A DNA stretch of 64,000 bases, from contig OZ024743.1 in the NCBI GenBank assembly GCA_964016885.1, positions 303,800,001-303,864,000 on the forward strand, given 5' to 3'. Shown piece by piece: positions 63,342 through 64,000 of the stretch (positions are counted from its first letter, which is position 1; each line of letters opens with the position of its first letter). A program made the translations under genes and the position numbers. Source of the stretch: Eledone cirrhosa (lineage: Eukaryota). Under the pieces are notes generated by a model. That model worked only from the letters and a program-made list of their open reading frames with translations. It made no database searches and was not told the DNA's origin.

Positions 63342-64000
63342 TTATTCATTTATTAAATGTACCAAAGTGAGAAATGGTGAGCGGTTAACTTTAATTCGAC
63401 ATTTATATATAAACATGTTCTACACATGAACACTTTCTAGTGTTTATTGTGCAAAATAAAAGATTGTATATTCATTTGTGTGTTTATTGGTACAACAACA
63501 TTCATGTTGGCATTTTCTATATTATTGCATATTTAGGGATCGGATCTTTATACATCTTCGAGATTCCTCTTTAAAGCAATTTCATACGTTTAATTCAAAT
63601 TTGAACACTCCGTTTAATCGCTATCAGGTATTAAGCAGTATATATTTAAACAGTCACTTTCTCGATTAAATCTACCTTTCAAGTATAATAGCAATATTTT
63701 AAAATCCTCTTGTATCTGTAAATGTAGATTGTAAATATCTGCAAATATTCTCGCGTAATCTGTTTCTGAACATATTCCTCCCTTTATGTTCAGCCTTCTT
63801 ACAGTTTTATATAATTTACATATAGTTATATAGAGTGTCTGATACTACTGTCAATACTCACAAACACCTGCTTCTTTAATACATTTCGCCACACATAATA
63901 AAATAACTATGAGTTTCTCAATTTCCTATTTTATCATTGTCATATGTGGGAGATAGTATTCGTGTTCCGAATTTCAGGGTAAATGTACATATATTATTTT

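Overview
Eukaryotic, AT-rich, apparently gene-free DNA. It is probably cephalopod/octopus, judged from recall of the SINE sequence, which cannot be proven here. About 51 of the 64 kb are two head-to-tail arrays of non-LTR retrotransposons built inside (AAT)n/(ATT)n microsatellites: array 1 at ~1459-25592 (AAT on +) and array 2 at ~30682-57740 (AAT on -). Four LINE families make up 15 insertions, each separated from the next by an (AAT)n run. Two are R4/Dong-type (single ORF, RT plus C-terminal CCHC and PD-(D/E)xK restriction-like endonuclease; here DongB and DongC, 10 copies). Two are Tx1/L1-type (ORF1 with RRM-like region and zinc knuckle; ORF2 with APE endonuclease, RT and C-terminal cysteine motif; here Tx1A and Tx1D, 5 copies). 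All Dong copies read into (AAT)n and all Tx1 copies read into (ATT)n, so two unrelated nuclease classes use one target in opposite polarity. A tRNA-derived SINE (3 copies) has a 3' end resembling the Tx1 3' end and inserts at ATTATT. Both Tx1 families carry AG|GTAAGT at the ORF1 stop, and splicing there would fuse ORF1 to ORF2 in frame. The two Dong families share a 5' leader. A 22-bp minisatellite has replaced half of one Tx1 zinc knuckle. A decayed DNA transposase lies between the arrays. No copy is fully intact and no host gene is supported.
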